A DNA stretch of 64,000 nucleotides from an uncultured cyanobacterium. Lineage in GTDB: Bacteria; Cyanobacteriota; Cyanobacteriia; Cyanobacteriales; Nostocaceae. The notes beneath the pieces are model-generated. The model was not told the DNA's origin and did no database searches. It worked only from the letters and a program-made list of their open reading frames with translations. Within the stretch, counting starts at the first letter, position 1. Every line of letters begins with the position of its first letter. The stretch lies in assembly GCA_963740315.1 (NCBI GenBank), contig CAVUDP010000002.1:192001-256000 (forward strand), given 5' to 3'. The position numbers and the translations under genes were made by a program. This document shows, piece by piece, positions 20,229 to 29,899 of the stretch.

Positions 20229-20483
20229 TTACTCATAATGAGTCCACATCCGAATTATTTTCACAACCTGCTCGGATTCGATGACCTCATACACTAGCCG
20301 ATGCTGTATATTAATCGGAAGAGAATACGCACCTGATAAATCACCAACGAGCTTTTCATAAGGTGGAGGATTTTGAAAAGGATTTTCTTTAAGCACTGCG
20401 AGTAATTCCTCTGCTTTATCCTTCAAGTTACTAGAAGCTAACTTCTTCGCATCTTTCTGCGCTTGTTTTGTATAAACTGACTT
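20229..20483 (-). pseudogene. yoeB: Txe/YoeB toxin, disrupted
   Basis: VYTKQAQKDAKKL...PPYEKLVGDLSGAYS..INIQHRLVY...MWTHYE. No start codon at the expected N-terminus (reads GTT AGT TAG), and SRRI is changed to SLPI. Confidence 0.75.
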
Positions 20484-20723
20484 CTAACTAACTTCCCGAT
20501 CGCATTCATCAATAGAAGTTGCTAAACCTTCCTTAATAGATTCTCCCATTCCAGGGATAGATAATAAATAAAGACTTTCCTGAATCGCAACCCAATCTTT
20601 TTCTGCAAGCAGAATCGCATTACCATGCTCACCCTGAATAATAACGGGCTTACCGTCTTCTGAAACTTGCTTAATAAGTTCTTGTAAATTATTTTGAGCG
20701 TCGTTGATAGGAAACGAAGACAT
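20484..20723 (-). CDS. yefM: Phd/YefM antitoxin
   Basis: 79 aa; KPVIIQG, AILLAEKDW, ESLYLLSIPGM; directly upstream of the yoeB-like gene. Confidence 0.9.
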   Translation of the reverse strand: MSSFPINDAQNNLQELIKQVSEDGKPVIIQGEHGNAILLAEKDWVAIQESLYLLSIPGMGESIKEGLATSIDECDREVS

Positions 20724-21077
20724 TATACTTTTTTAACTCGGAACAATATTACTTTAGCTCATCTGGGGGAGAAAGGTAGGTTATGTAAAACGCGATCGCA
20801 ACACGGGGAGAGGGGAGGGTAAAAAAGTTATGAGTTATGAGTTTATAAGTAGTAAAGCCTGCATTATTTATATTTTTACTGCTAAGTTATAGAATCGTTC
20901 CCTATTCCTTACAAAAAAATAGTAATATTAATCACTGAATTTTCCAAATATCTTGATACGCGCTTTTGCTTCTGCATAAGATATAATACCATCTTGACAA
21001 AATACTCTTCTCGTTGAGAATATTCTTTTTAAGTTAATTTTATTGATTAACAAGTATGATAATAAAATTTCACAGGA

Positions 21078-21378
21078 ATGCATCTAATATCAGTTCGCAA
21101 CCTTCGCATTGATGCTGCTCAGTTTCCAGATGTTAAAAAGCAAGTTGAGGACTGGTATGCAACCGTTAGAAAAGCTGAGTGGAAAAATCTGGAAGATGTT
21201 CGTTTAATTTACAGGGATGCTTTTATCGGTAGGGAATTTTACTGTCTTCAATATAAAAGGTAATGCCTATCGTTTGATTGTTGGGATAGACTATGAGAAC
21301 CAAGTAATTTACTACAAATATTTACTTACACACGGCCAATACGATAAAGATAAGTGGAAAAATGACCCTTACTTTTGA
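21078..21378 (+). pseudogene. higB: HigB toxin, frameshifted
   Basis: MHLIS...WY...AEWKNL continues in another frame as VGNFTVFNIKGNAYRLIV...THGQYDKDKWKNDPYF. Shift near 21220-21228. Confidence 0.85.
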
Positions 21379-21760
21379 CAAAAACACTTACCGTAATCTT
21401 CTCACAGAAGTTATTCCCGTAGCAATTGAGACAGAAGAAGAATACGATCGCATTTTAAAAGTAGTTGAAGAGCTAACTTTTAAAAAGAATCGCACTACTG
21501 AGGAGAAAGCTTTACATAAATTACTTGTAATTCTAATAGAAGCTTATGAGACAGAAAATTATCCTATGGAAGAATCTGCTCCTCATTCCGTTCTTCAGCA
21601 TATTATGGAGTCTAGTGGAACTCGCGAAATTGATTTAGTAGGAATTATTGGCTCAAGTGATGTAGTATCAGAAATTGTAAATGGTGAGAGAGCGATTAGT
21701 AAAGCACAAGCCAAAGCCTTGAGCGAGTATTTTAAAGTTTCGTATAGTTTATTTATTTAA
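21362..21760 (+). CDS. higA: HigA antitoxin (HTH)
   Basis: LVILIEAYE, VVSEIVNGERAISKAQAKAL; overlaps the higB end. Confidence 0.9.
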   Translation: MTLTFDKNTYRNLLTEVIPVAIETEEEYDRILKVVEELTFKKNRTTEEKALHKLLVILIEAYETENYPMEESAPHSVLQHIMESSGTREIDLVGIIGSSDVVSEIVNGERAISKAQAKALSEYFKVSYSLFI

Positions 21761-21807
21761 TATGGAAAGGGGGTAGATTATTTTTACTAACTACTAACAA
21801 CTAACTA

Positions 21808-24549
21808 TTAATACCGTAAATTCAATTCCCCAAACGCTTCATCTGATTCCTTTAATTTCAACTCACCCGCTGGCTTCCCATTAATCTGTAACTCATATTC
21901 CCCTTCTTGCAATCCTTCTAAATAATAAACTCCCGCACCGTTGGTAACGGAAAATTTTCGTATATCTTTTCCTATAGCTTCTACTCTTGTACCTGCAACT
22001 GCTTTACCTTCACTATCGGTGACAACTCCGGTGCGGGTGTAGGAACGGGTAAAGGGTATCATTATCGGCGTATAGCTACCCGCTACAACATCTACAGCTA
22101 AAGCATTTTTACTGGTATGCCAATCTAACGGAAAGCCTGCTGCATCCAAGTCTAAGCGATAAGTTCCTGGTGGCAGACGTACTGTAATTCGGTCATTTTG
22201 AACGTGCGATCGCCAACTTTTGATAGATTTATTATTCACCATTAACAGCAAGTCTGAGTTTTCTGTATAAATTTCTTCGCCAGAATCTCTTTTACCGTTA
22301 TTATTACTGTCTAAAAACGGTTTAATTGTCAAACCCCCTTGAGTACGAAAGTATTTTGAACGTCTATCTCCTGGGCGAATTCCCTGTTGTAAGTTCAATC
22401 CTGAAACTAAATTTATACTAAAGCTGGAATCATTTCTGGTTAGCGAAACCCCTTGATAGCGTCCTTGCAGCATAACACCGGGTAAAACCGTAGTGCCCAA
22501 TGTTGCAACTAAGCCGTTACCTTGGGAACCCATACCGTAACCTAACTCTGCTTGCCACAGATAATTACCGTCGAAGGCACGTTGTGGCGAACGATACCGC
22601 CATCCAAGGGTAAGTAAGTTGTTGCTGTTACCGTTGTTGCTGCGGGTGTCGTAATTTAAAAGCAACGAGCTTCCGGTATTGGAATATCTAGCGTTAGAGA
22701 AATTATAGGCAAGTTCGGAAGAGGTGCCGATTTCATTTCCTTGGAGATTTAATCCGAGTTTACCCAGGCGTTGTAATAAATTCCAGCGCAAATTACTTTC
22801 GGTATCCAAGCTAGCGCGAGCAAAGGTATAGAAGTTTTTACCGCTGTAATTAAACTGCAATCCTGCTTCTGCTGGGTTGCGGTTGGAGGTATTCCCGAAT
22901 AAACTCAAGCCCGAAGATACCCGCCAATTAACATTAAAACGATTGGAAAGGCGATCGCTAGTAAACGATGCAGTAAAATTATTAGATGGTTCGTAGCGAA
23001 TATCTGAAATTACATCTACGCGATCGCCAGCTAATGCTGAAACTGCGACTTGTAAAGGAATATTTTTCGGACGATAAAATAATTCTGCCAACCCTTTCAA
23101 AGACTCGTCGTAAACTCCCCCAAACCCTACCGTAAGATTTTCCGATAAACCCAAACGTCTGGCAATTCCACCGCGAAATTCAGAGAAATTGCCGAATAAA
23201 TTATCATTTCCCGCAAAATCTCGCTGCAAACCACCCGATACAACCCAAGCCGAAGCACCAGCCGGAATTTGTCCGGGTACGGTAGTAAAAGTAGCCTCGC
23301 GAATTTCTGGTTGTGCTGTCAATCTTCCTTGAGGATAAAGAAAAACGCGGTAATTACCATATCCTCTTTGAGTGGTGATATTTTCAAAGCGGTAAATTCC
23401 AGAAGAATCAACCAAAACTTCGGCAATAACGTTATTACCAAAACCCTGCACCAATCTAACTAAAGTACCGGCTTCCGCTCTACCAGTTACAGTACGTCCG
23501 ATTTTGTCAGCTTGCAACCGTTGACGAGGATCGGAAGTACCACCAAAAGTTTGCGGAGGCTCAAATCCCTGACGTTGAATAAAAGTTAAACCCCAATATT
23601 CTCCACCAGTTCCCAATCTTTGCCAAAAACTTGGTTGAGAACCCACAAAATAATCTGCTTTATCGGTTTGTCGTAAATACTGCGCTTCCGATATCTTCCA
23701 ACTTCCTCTATCTCCCAAATCTGGTTGATTCGCACGCACAAACCACGAGCCATCAAAAGCCGTACCCACAGCTTGAAAATCTCCTCGAAAATTCGTCGAA
23801 CCTCCGCTACCGCTAGCATCTATCCTTTGTTCGACTGCGGCTATATTTAAATTCCCCGGTTGAAAGCGCGGTAATCCATCTATGATTACCGGAATTTCAG
23901 CTTGTGCGATTCTATTATTCGTTCTATTTTGCCAGGGTACATCGAAGACAACTGCATAGTCATTAATATCAAATTTTGCGCTGACTCCAAACAGCCTTTT
24001 TAAATCTGCAATTGAAAAAACCAACCCTAATTCCGAGTCATTGCGAAGCTGTTCGGGATTAATGCGAGTAACGATTCCCGGAGAGCGAACTTCTAACTGT
24101 CCATCCGGTAAAGTTGTCACGTTCAACTTCAAAACTTGAATTACCGCATCGTAAGGTATAAGCCAGTTTTGAAAATCAATTGCTTTGGAACCATCTTCAT
24201 TTCCCCGCACCAAAACACCCGCTTTGATATTACGTTTACCAATATTCAAGCCCACGGGAAACGTAGTAAAGTTATCTAAATCGATGTCTATCGAAGCATT
24301 ATAAGTATTTAAAGGCTTTTGCGAATTAATTTTCTCTTTTAATCGTAAATTTCGATAATTTTTTCTATTTTCGGCTTTACTTTGCTTCAATCTTGTAATT
24401 AGATCGTTAGAGCTTTCATCTGCTTTGTAATCATCTAACTTAATATCTTCTAACTCCGAATCATTAACAGTTGATTGAGCAATTGCTTTTGGAATTATGT
24501 TAAAAATTGCAATATAAATAAACGCTGACACCCAATATATTTTATGCAT
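21808..24549 (-). CDS. Large exported usher-like / outer-membrane beta-rich protein with C-terminal SdrD-B and carboxypeptidase-regulatory-like domains
   Basis: Signal peptide, long amphipathic beta-strand region, FLDSNNNGKRDSGE, TNGAGVYYLEGL; clustered with the chaperone and pilin-like genes. Confidence 0.65.
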   Translation of the reverse strand: MHKIYWVSAFIYIAIFNIIPKAIAQSTVNDSELEDIKLDDYKADESSNDLITRLKQSKAENRKNYRNLRLKEKINSQKPLNTYNASIDIDLDNFTTFPVGLNIGKRNIKAGVLVRGNEDGSKAIDFQNWLIPYDAVIQVLKLNVTTLPDGQLEVRSPGIVTRINPEQLRNDSELGLVFSIADLKRLFGVSAKFDINDYAVVFDVPWQNRTNNRIAQAEIPVIIDGLPRFQPGNLNIAAVEQRIDASGSGGSTNFRGDFQAVGTAFDGSWFVRANQPDLGDRGSWKISEAQYLRQTDKADYFVGSQPSFWQRLGTGGEYWGLTFIQRQGFEPPQTFGGTSDPRQRLQADKIGRTVTGRAEAGTLVRLVQGFGNNVIAEVLVDSSGIYRFENITTQRGYGNYRVFLYPQGRLTAQPEIREATFTTVPGQIPAGASAWVVSGGLQRDFAGNDNLFGNFSEFRGGIARRLGLSENLTVGFGGVYDESLKGLAELFYRPKNIPLQVAVSALAGDRVDVISDIRYEPSNNFTASFTSDRLSNRFNVNWRVSSGLSLFGNTSNRNPAEAGLQFNYSGKNFYTFARASLDTESNLRWNLLQRLGKLGLNLQGNEIGTSSELAYNFSNARYSNTGSSLLLNYDTRSNNGNSNNLLTLGWRYRSPQRAFDGNYLWQAELGYGMGSQGNGLVATLGTTVLPGVMLQGRYQGVSLTRNDSSFSINLVSGLNLQQGIRPGDRRSKYFRTQGGLTIKPFLDSNNNGKRDSGEEIYTENSDLLLMVNNKSIKSWRSHVQNDRITVRLPPGTYRLDLDAAGFPLDWHTSKNALAVDVVAGSYTPIMIPFTRSYTRTGVVTDSEGKAVAGTRVEAIGKDIRKFSVTNGAGVYYLEGLQEGEYELQINGKPAGELKLKESDEAFGELNLRY

Positions 24550-24701
24550 TGAAAATTTACAAAATAAGTTTATTAATAATCACAATAAAAAAAATCTCTC
24601 TTAATCTCTTTCCTCCGCGCTCTCAGCGTCTAGTAAGGTTTTTTCAGTAATCTCCTAGCAGAAAGAAAATAATAGTATTGTTTACCTTTGTAATTTCAAA
24701 C

Positions 24702-24822
24702 TAAGTAAGTCGGCGTTAAAAAATCAAGGTATGTCATTGCGAGTGAAACGAAGCAATCTCAAGGGTTTGATGATTGTTTACATTCTGTTACATGATTCGG
24801 TTTATTTGTGCCGACTTACTTA
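24702..24822. mobile_element. MITE with 13-bp terminal inverted repeat including TA ends
   Basis: TAAGTAAGTCGGC ... GCCGACTTACTTA, 121 bp, non-coding; internal GTCATTGCGAG..GAAGCAATC REP-like unit. Confidence 0.8.
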
Positions 24823-25254
24823 CTAAAGTAATTACATTTAAGTAGCTGTAATTTTACACAAACATAATCACTAGTAATTCTAGTAATCTCAGCGACTCAT
24901 TTATAGCAACTTTACAATCGAATGATATCCGTGTAATCCGCAATTATGCCTTGAAAATTGAAGACTAATTACAAGAAAAAACGATGCTTTCACCAGCTTT
25001 TTCATAAAAATATGTTTGCGTAATCTCGCTGACGACAAATTTAGTTTATCAAAGCCATGATTTTTAATAACGAAGAGGTTTATTGCCGTCGTTGCTGAGA
25101 AGATAAAAGCAAGAATATTAGAATCATTAAAATTTTCACATTCTTGCTTTATTAACGCTTAATTTTGATTTATTCAAACTCGATCGAGCAACATTTAAGC
25201 TGTTATCTCAGTTTCAATTAATTAATCAATTTTCACTTACCGGAGATATTTTTT

Positions 25255-25743
25255 ATGATTCGTCGTTTAGCTTTAACTGCTGGTTTCGCTATTCTAGGTG
25301 CTGTAGCTTTTGCACCTAAAGCCCACGGACAGGCTGCACCTGCTGCACAGGAAGACGTTATGTTTGAAGGTACTGTTGGTTCTGTTTGTACATTAAGCGA
25401 TCCTACACCTGGTACCCTTGCTCTTGATGAAAATCCTAGTATTCTTAGTTCAGAAGCCGCTGGTGGTGAATCGGGTACTGTTACAGTTAACTGTACTGGT
25501 GAGAACCAAGTATCTGTTACATCAGTAACAGCGGGAGAAGTACCTGAAGGCTTTACTGCACAAAGTGCGATCGCAACACTTTCCGATGGTACTAATACTA
25601 CTAATAGTAATGCCCCTACGCCTTTAAACGTCACTAACGACGCTGATGTTCCTCTTGAAGTAGATTTAGTAGTTACAAGCGATACACCTTTACCTGCTGG
25701 CAGCTATGAATATACAGTAACCGTGAGTGCAACTCCTTCGTAG
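25255..25743 (+). CDS. Probable major pilin-like subunit, paralog B
   Basis: Signal peptide (AHG-Q), VMFEGTVGSVC, second Cys (VNC), C-terminal LPAGSYEYTVTVSATPS; GGAG RBS; T/A-ending codon bias suggesting high expression. Confidence 0.7.
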   Translation: MIRRLALTAGFAILGAVAFAPKAHGQAAPAAQEDVMFEGTVGSVCTLSDPTPGTLALDENPSILSSEAAGGESGTVTVNCTGENQVSVTSVTAGEVPEGFTAQSAIATLSDGTNTTNSNAPTPLNVTNDADVPLEVDLVVTSDTPLPAGSYEYTVTVSATPS

Positions 25744-25830
25744 AAGATTTACTTCAATCCTTCCAAACAAAGAAGGAACCAATAAAACAAGATAATGGTT
25801 CCCTCACAGAATAAGATTTAAATTTTACTC

Positions 25831-25864
25831 AATCGGTTGGTGCCTGCAAGCTTCCAACCGATTT
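25831..25864 (+). terminator. Stem-loop between the major subunit and chaperone genes
   Basis: AATCGGTTGG...CCAACCGATT inverted repeat. Confidence 0.55.
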
Positions 25865-25892
25865 ACTCAGTATATCCCGATATATTTATCCC

Positions 25893-26753
25893 TTGTGTAA
25901 AATTAGCCATCAACTATTTAAACTATCAATGAATTTTGCTTCTATCCGGAAATTAACATTACCGCTAGGTAGCGTCTTGCTATCTAGCTTTTTACTGTCG
26001 GGAATCGCCAAAGCCAATATTTCTATTTCCCCGATGGTGGTTGAAACTGAAGCCAAACGCGGACAAGCACAAGGTAGATTTAGCGTTTCTAACACAGATT
26101 CTCAAGACTTCCGCGCTCGCGTTTACACTTCACCTTTCACCTACGACAAGGAAACCGGATTCAAAACTTTATCTAAAAGTCCCACAGATTTAACGCCTTA
26201 CCTACAATTTTCTCCCAGAGAGTTACAAGTAGGTGCATCAAGCAAGCGGAATATTCGTTTTATCGTGCGTTTTCCCCCCAGCTTACCCGATGGTGAATAT
26301 CGCACAATGATTTTTACCGAAAACTTAAAAAGAGGAAGGATAACAGAAACCGATTCTAAAACCAACGTCACCCTGCAAACTAACATTATCCCTCGTATCG
26401 GCGTTGCTTTGTACGTTCGTAAAGGCGATGTTTCACCAAATTTAACTCCCGACAGCGCTAGATTTGACCCAAAAACCAACAATATTCAGCTATTAGTTAG
26501 CAACAAAGGTAAAGCATCCGCAATAGTAGCCGGAGATTGGCAATTAAAGAAAGGCAAAGAAGTAATTCAAAAAGGAAATATTTCCGATACAACAGTCTTA
26601 GCAGAAGGAGAGCGTTATCTTACCGCGAAATCCTTGAATAAAGAGTTGAAATTAGCACCGGGAGAGTATCAGTTAACTGGTGAATTGGGATGGGGAGTAA
26701 ATAAAAAAGAGCGGATTCCTTTTAACGTTAAATTGATGATTCCAAAAAATTAA
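25893..26753 (+). CDS. PapD-like pilus assembly chaperone
   Basis: Signal peptide, ISISP, FSVSN, LQFSPREL, GEYRTMIF, VSNKGKAS. True start may be ATG 25929. Confidence 0.75.
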   Translation: MCKISHQLFKLSMNFASIRKLTLPLGSVLLSSFLLSGIAKANISISPMVVETEAKRGQAQGRFSVSNTDSQDFRARVYTSPFTYDKETGFKTLSKSPTDLTPYLQFSPRELQVGASSKRNIRFIVRFPPSLPDGEYRTMIFTENLKRGRITETDSKTNVTLQTNIIPRIGVALYVRKGDVSPNLTPDSARFDPKTNNIQLLVSNKGKASAIVAGDWQLKKGKEVIQKGNISDTTVLAEGERYLTAKSLNKELKLAPGEYQLTGELGWGVNKKERIPFNVKLMIPKN

Positions 26754-26760
26754 TTGGCAA

Positions 26761-26816
26761 GTTCGTAGTAAGGACTTTTAGTCCTAAATCCAAGAACTAA
26801 AGTTCTTACTACGAAC
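26761..26816. repeat. REP-like inverted repeat between convergent genes
   Basis: GTTCGTAGTAAG ... CTTACTACGAAC with two internal hairpins. Confidence 0.75.
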
Positions 26817-26821
26817 CTCTA

Positions 26822-27262
26822 TTACTCTGGTACAATCGTGACGCTAAGATTCACAGCATAATTATAAGTCCCCGGTGTAAATGAAACCGGACGTTCTACC
26901 CGCAATCCAACTTCTAAATTTGTATCCCCAGTAGGTAAATTAGCTATAGCATTACTCCCCTCGCTTCTAAGATTATTTGAGCCGAATTTTAAAAATCCTA
27001 TCCTTTTTGTACCACCTGGATCTTGCGAAGCACCAGATACAAAGTTGGGTGACAAAACTGTAATTTGAGCAGACGTATCAGCAGGAACGTTAACATTAAT
27101 AGTTGCGGGTACTACTGATTCTAATACTTTCAAATCTACTCCGGATGTCTCAATAACACCGGGTTGAGGATTGTTAAATTTTACTTCAGCTAGTGCAGTT
27201 GGAACAAAATTAATAAAACTTGTGAGTAATAATCCAGAGGCGATCGCCAAACGATATAACAT
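26822..27262 (-). CDS. Pilin-like subunit, paralog C
   Basis: Signal peptide (ALA-E), C-terminal FTPGTYNYAVNLSVTIVPE. Confidence 0.6.
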   Translation of the reverse strand: MLYRLAIASGLLLTSFINFVPTALAEVKFNNPQPGVIETSGVDLKVLESVVPATINVNVPADTSAQITVLSPNFVSGASQDPGGTKRIGFLKFGSNNLRSEGSNAIANLPTGDTNLEVGLRVERPVSFTPGTYNYAVNLSVTIVPE

Positions 27263-27362
27263 TACAAAATAACCTAGTTAATCTAGCCCGATTTATATCG
27301 GTATGTCGATTACTTTGTAGCTATTTTTTATAATAAAGCACTTCCGCGATATTACTTAATTT

Positions 27363-27797
27363 CTATGGATTAACCATAGTTACAGTAACGTCATAAGTAT
27401 AAGTTCCTGGAGCATAAACTTGGTTTTTCAATAACAGATCGACTTCTACAGTATTCTTACCCGCAGGCAAAGTCACATTATTACCGTTAACTTGACTCGA
27501 ACCAATTTTTATCGCGGTATGTCCTGTAAGCTTGGGAGAAGAAACGGTAATTGTCATAGGGCTACTAGTTTGAACGCTAATTTTAGCAGGAGCTATGCTG
27601 TTAAAATTATTGGTACTTTTAGCGCCTTTACCAGAAATAGTTGATTCTATCTTGCCATTCGTATAACTGCTGAAACTAGCACGAGGTTCAACCACTCCGC
27701 TAAAGTAGACATTTACAGATTCAGCCAGCGTAATTTGATTCGAGATGCCGGTAAATGCGATCGCTAAGCAAGAAGCTGAAACTACACGATTAAGCAT
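27363..27797 (-). CDS. Pilin-like subunit, paralog D
   Basis: Signal peptide (TLA-ES), VNVYFSGVV, C-terminal YAPGTYTYDVTVTMVNP. Confidence 0.6.
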   Translation of the reverse strand: MLNRVVSASCLAIAFTGISNQITLAESVNVYFSGVVEPRASFSSYTNGKIESTISGKGAKSTNNFNSIAPAKISVQTSSPMTITVSSPKLTGHTAIKIGSSQVNGNNVTLPAGKNTVEVDLLLKNQVYAPGTYTYDVTVTMVNP

Positions 27798-27960
27798 AAT
27801 AATTAGTTTTATGACTCTTTGTTATCCAGCTTTTATTAATACTGGAACGATATATAGTGAAAGAAGAATATCATAAACCAAGTAATATTACTTAAAATAG
27901 CCGATTAGCTTCACTAAAATTACGTAAAATCACCGAAAAAAACAAGATCCGATAAACTAC

Positions 27961-28066
27961 TAGTCTGTCCCATAAAAAATGCTGGGTGAGGGGGTGAGGG
28001 GGAAGAGGGGGGAGAAAAAACAATAGTTTTTAGGATACATCCATTACTTATTAATGGGACAGACTA
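27961..28066. mobile_element. MITE-like element with TA-ended inverted repeats
   Basis: TAGTCTGTCCCAT ... ATGGGACAGACTA. A second degenerate IR element (CATTAATTTTGA/TCAAAATTAATG) follows at ~28071-28192. Confidence 0.65.
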
Positions 28067-28228
28067 CTACTAGTCCAAATCATTAATTTTGACAGGTTCT
28101 ACGTGCCGGTTTGAACCCTAAATGTGGAGCGCTGAAGCGCTTACTACGAACCTTTTTCTTTTTACCCATCAAAATTAATGTGGCAAAGTACTACACTCAA
28201 ATCGACAACTTTGGGCAAAATCCAAAAT

Positions 28229-29431
28229 TCAATCAACCAAATCTAATATCCGATGCGCCATTTCCAATTTAGAACACATCGGAATCTCAACTTCCTTGCC
28301 GGAGCGATCGAGATATATGGCTTTATTCGTATCGCTACCGAAGCCGCTACCAATTTCATCTATTGGATTAGCAACGATCGCATCTAAATTTTTTGTTTGC
28401 AATTTCTCTCTAGCTGGTGTGATGATATCCCCAGTTTGGGCGGCGAAACCAATCAATTTTTGATTTTTTTGCTTGCAACTCGCCAATTCGGCTACGATAT
28501 CTCCGACATTCTCCAAAGCTAAAGCTTTCGGAAGCGCCTTCTTCGGTAACTTTTGCGAACTATATTCCCTCGGCTTCACATCCGCCACAGCCGCCGACAT
28601 AATAATTACATCCGCTTCCGGTAAATACCTCAACATTTGCGATCGCATTTCAGAGGCAGTATCTACAGTAATACCCCGCACGCCCAAAGGAAAATCCCAA
28701 TTTGCCGCACCACGTACTAAAGTTACATCCGCACCGCGATGTAGAGCCGCACGTGCCAAAGCTAACCCCATTTTACCAGTAGAGGGATTGCCGATAAACC
28801 GCACGGGGTCTAAATATTCTCGCGTACCCCCGGCACTAATTAAAATCTTTTTACCAGAAAAATCTCGCTTTCCTCTAGTTTGCAACAACGACTGTAGGTA
28901 ACTGACAATTTCTTGAGGCTCAGCCATTCTTCCCGCACCAACTCTGTCGCAGGCTAACAACCCTTCGGCGGTATCTAAACTATGAAAACGACTCAAACTT
29001 AAAACTTGTTGCCAATTGCGTTGTACCGTAACTTGCTGCCACATATCAGTATTCATTGCCGGTGCGAGCAATATGGGACAAGTCGAAGCTAAAACGGTAT
29101 TTAATAAAAGATTGTCAGCCATTCCATAAGCTAACTTTGCCAAAGTATTCGCCGTCAATGGTGCAATTAAAAAGACATCCGCCCATTCTCCCAACTCGAT
29201 ATGTAGGGGACGAGAATTAGTTGGTTGCCAAAAATCGCGATCGGTGTAAGCAGGGTGACGAGAAAGAGTAGCGAAAGTTAAAGGGGCGATAAACTGTTGT
29301 GCGGCATCGGTAAGAATTGTCCGTACTTCTACACCAGATTTAAATAAAGTAGAAACAACTTCACAAACCTTATAAGCAGCAATACCGCCACTTACACCAA
29401 CTAGCACCCGCTGTAATTTTGGATTAGGCAT
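28229..29431 (-). CDS. coaBC: Phosphopantothenoylcysteine decarboxylase/synthetase
   Basis: [37 protein letters not shown]. Confidence 0.97.
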   Translation of the reverse strand: MPNPKLQRVLVGVSGGIAAYKVCEVVSTLFKSGVEVRTILTDAAQQFIAPLTFATLSRHPAYTDRDFWQPTNSRPLHIELGEWADVFLIAPLTANTLAKLAYGMADNLLLNTVLASTCPILLAPAMNTDMWQQVTVQRNWQQVLSLSRFHSLDTAEGLLACDRVGAGRMAEPQEIVSYLQSLLQTRGKRDFSGKKILISAGGTREYLDPVRFIGNPSTGKMGLALARAALHRGADVTLVRGAANWDFPLGVRGITVDTASEMRSQMLRYLPEADVIIMSAAVADVKPREYSSQKLPKKALPKALALENVGDIVAELASCKQKNQKLIGFAAQTGDIITPAREKLQTKNLDAIVANPIDEIGSGFGSDTNKAIYLDRSGKEVEIPMCSKLEMAHRILDLVD

Positions 29432-29532
29432 TTATCAATGAACAATTATCAATTATCAATAAATATCGTAAAACTCATATATACCAAAGTCTTACTAGGA
29501 TTGATAACTGATAACTGCTAACTGATAACTGT

Positions 29533-29745
29533 CTATGCTTCGTCGTAGGCTTCCAAATCCAAAAGGTGGATGTAGGATTCTACTAATTCGGGACGTTGAA
29601 ACGCGATCGCACGTAGTAAATGCCAATCATTCAAACCGTCGAAAGCATTACTGTAGTTATCTTGTTCCAAGCGTGTCGCCAATGTATCCACCTCTTGTTC
29701 GGTCATGGTGGCAATATCGGTTTTAGAAATGGTCAAAGTCTTCAT
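29533..29745 (-). CDS. Small conserved cyanobacterial protein (DUF2555-like)
   Basis: LATRLEQDNYSNAFDGLNDWHLLRAIAFQRPELV. Probable start ATG 29745. Confidence 0.75.
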   Translation of the reverse strand: MKTLTISKTDIATMTEQEVDTLATRLEQDNYSNAFDGLNDWHLLRAIAFQRPELVESYIHLLDLEAYDEA

Positions 29746-29899
29746 TTTCAAGCCCCTCCCGTAAGTAGCAACACCATCCAGCATGGGTTTAATCGCGCTT
29801 AATGCACTCACCCAATCTATAATACTCATTCATTGACGCGAATTACGTGAATTTTCTTCCGGAAATTCACCGTACTTTGTAAAGCTTTTGTAACCTTAA

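Noticed and set aside
25233..25634. 133-aa minus-strand ORF
   Set aside because: Antisense shadow of the pilin-like gene 25255..25743, which has the signal peptide, RBS and family motifs.
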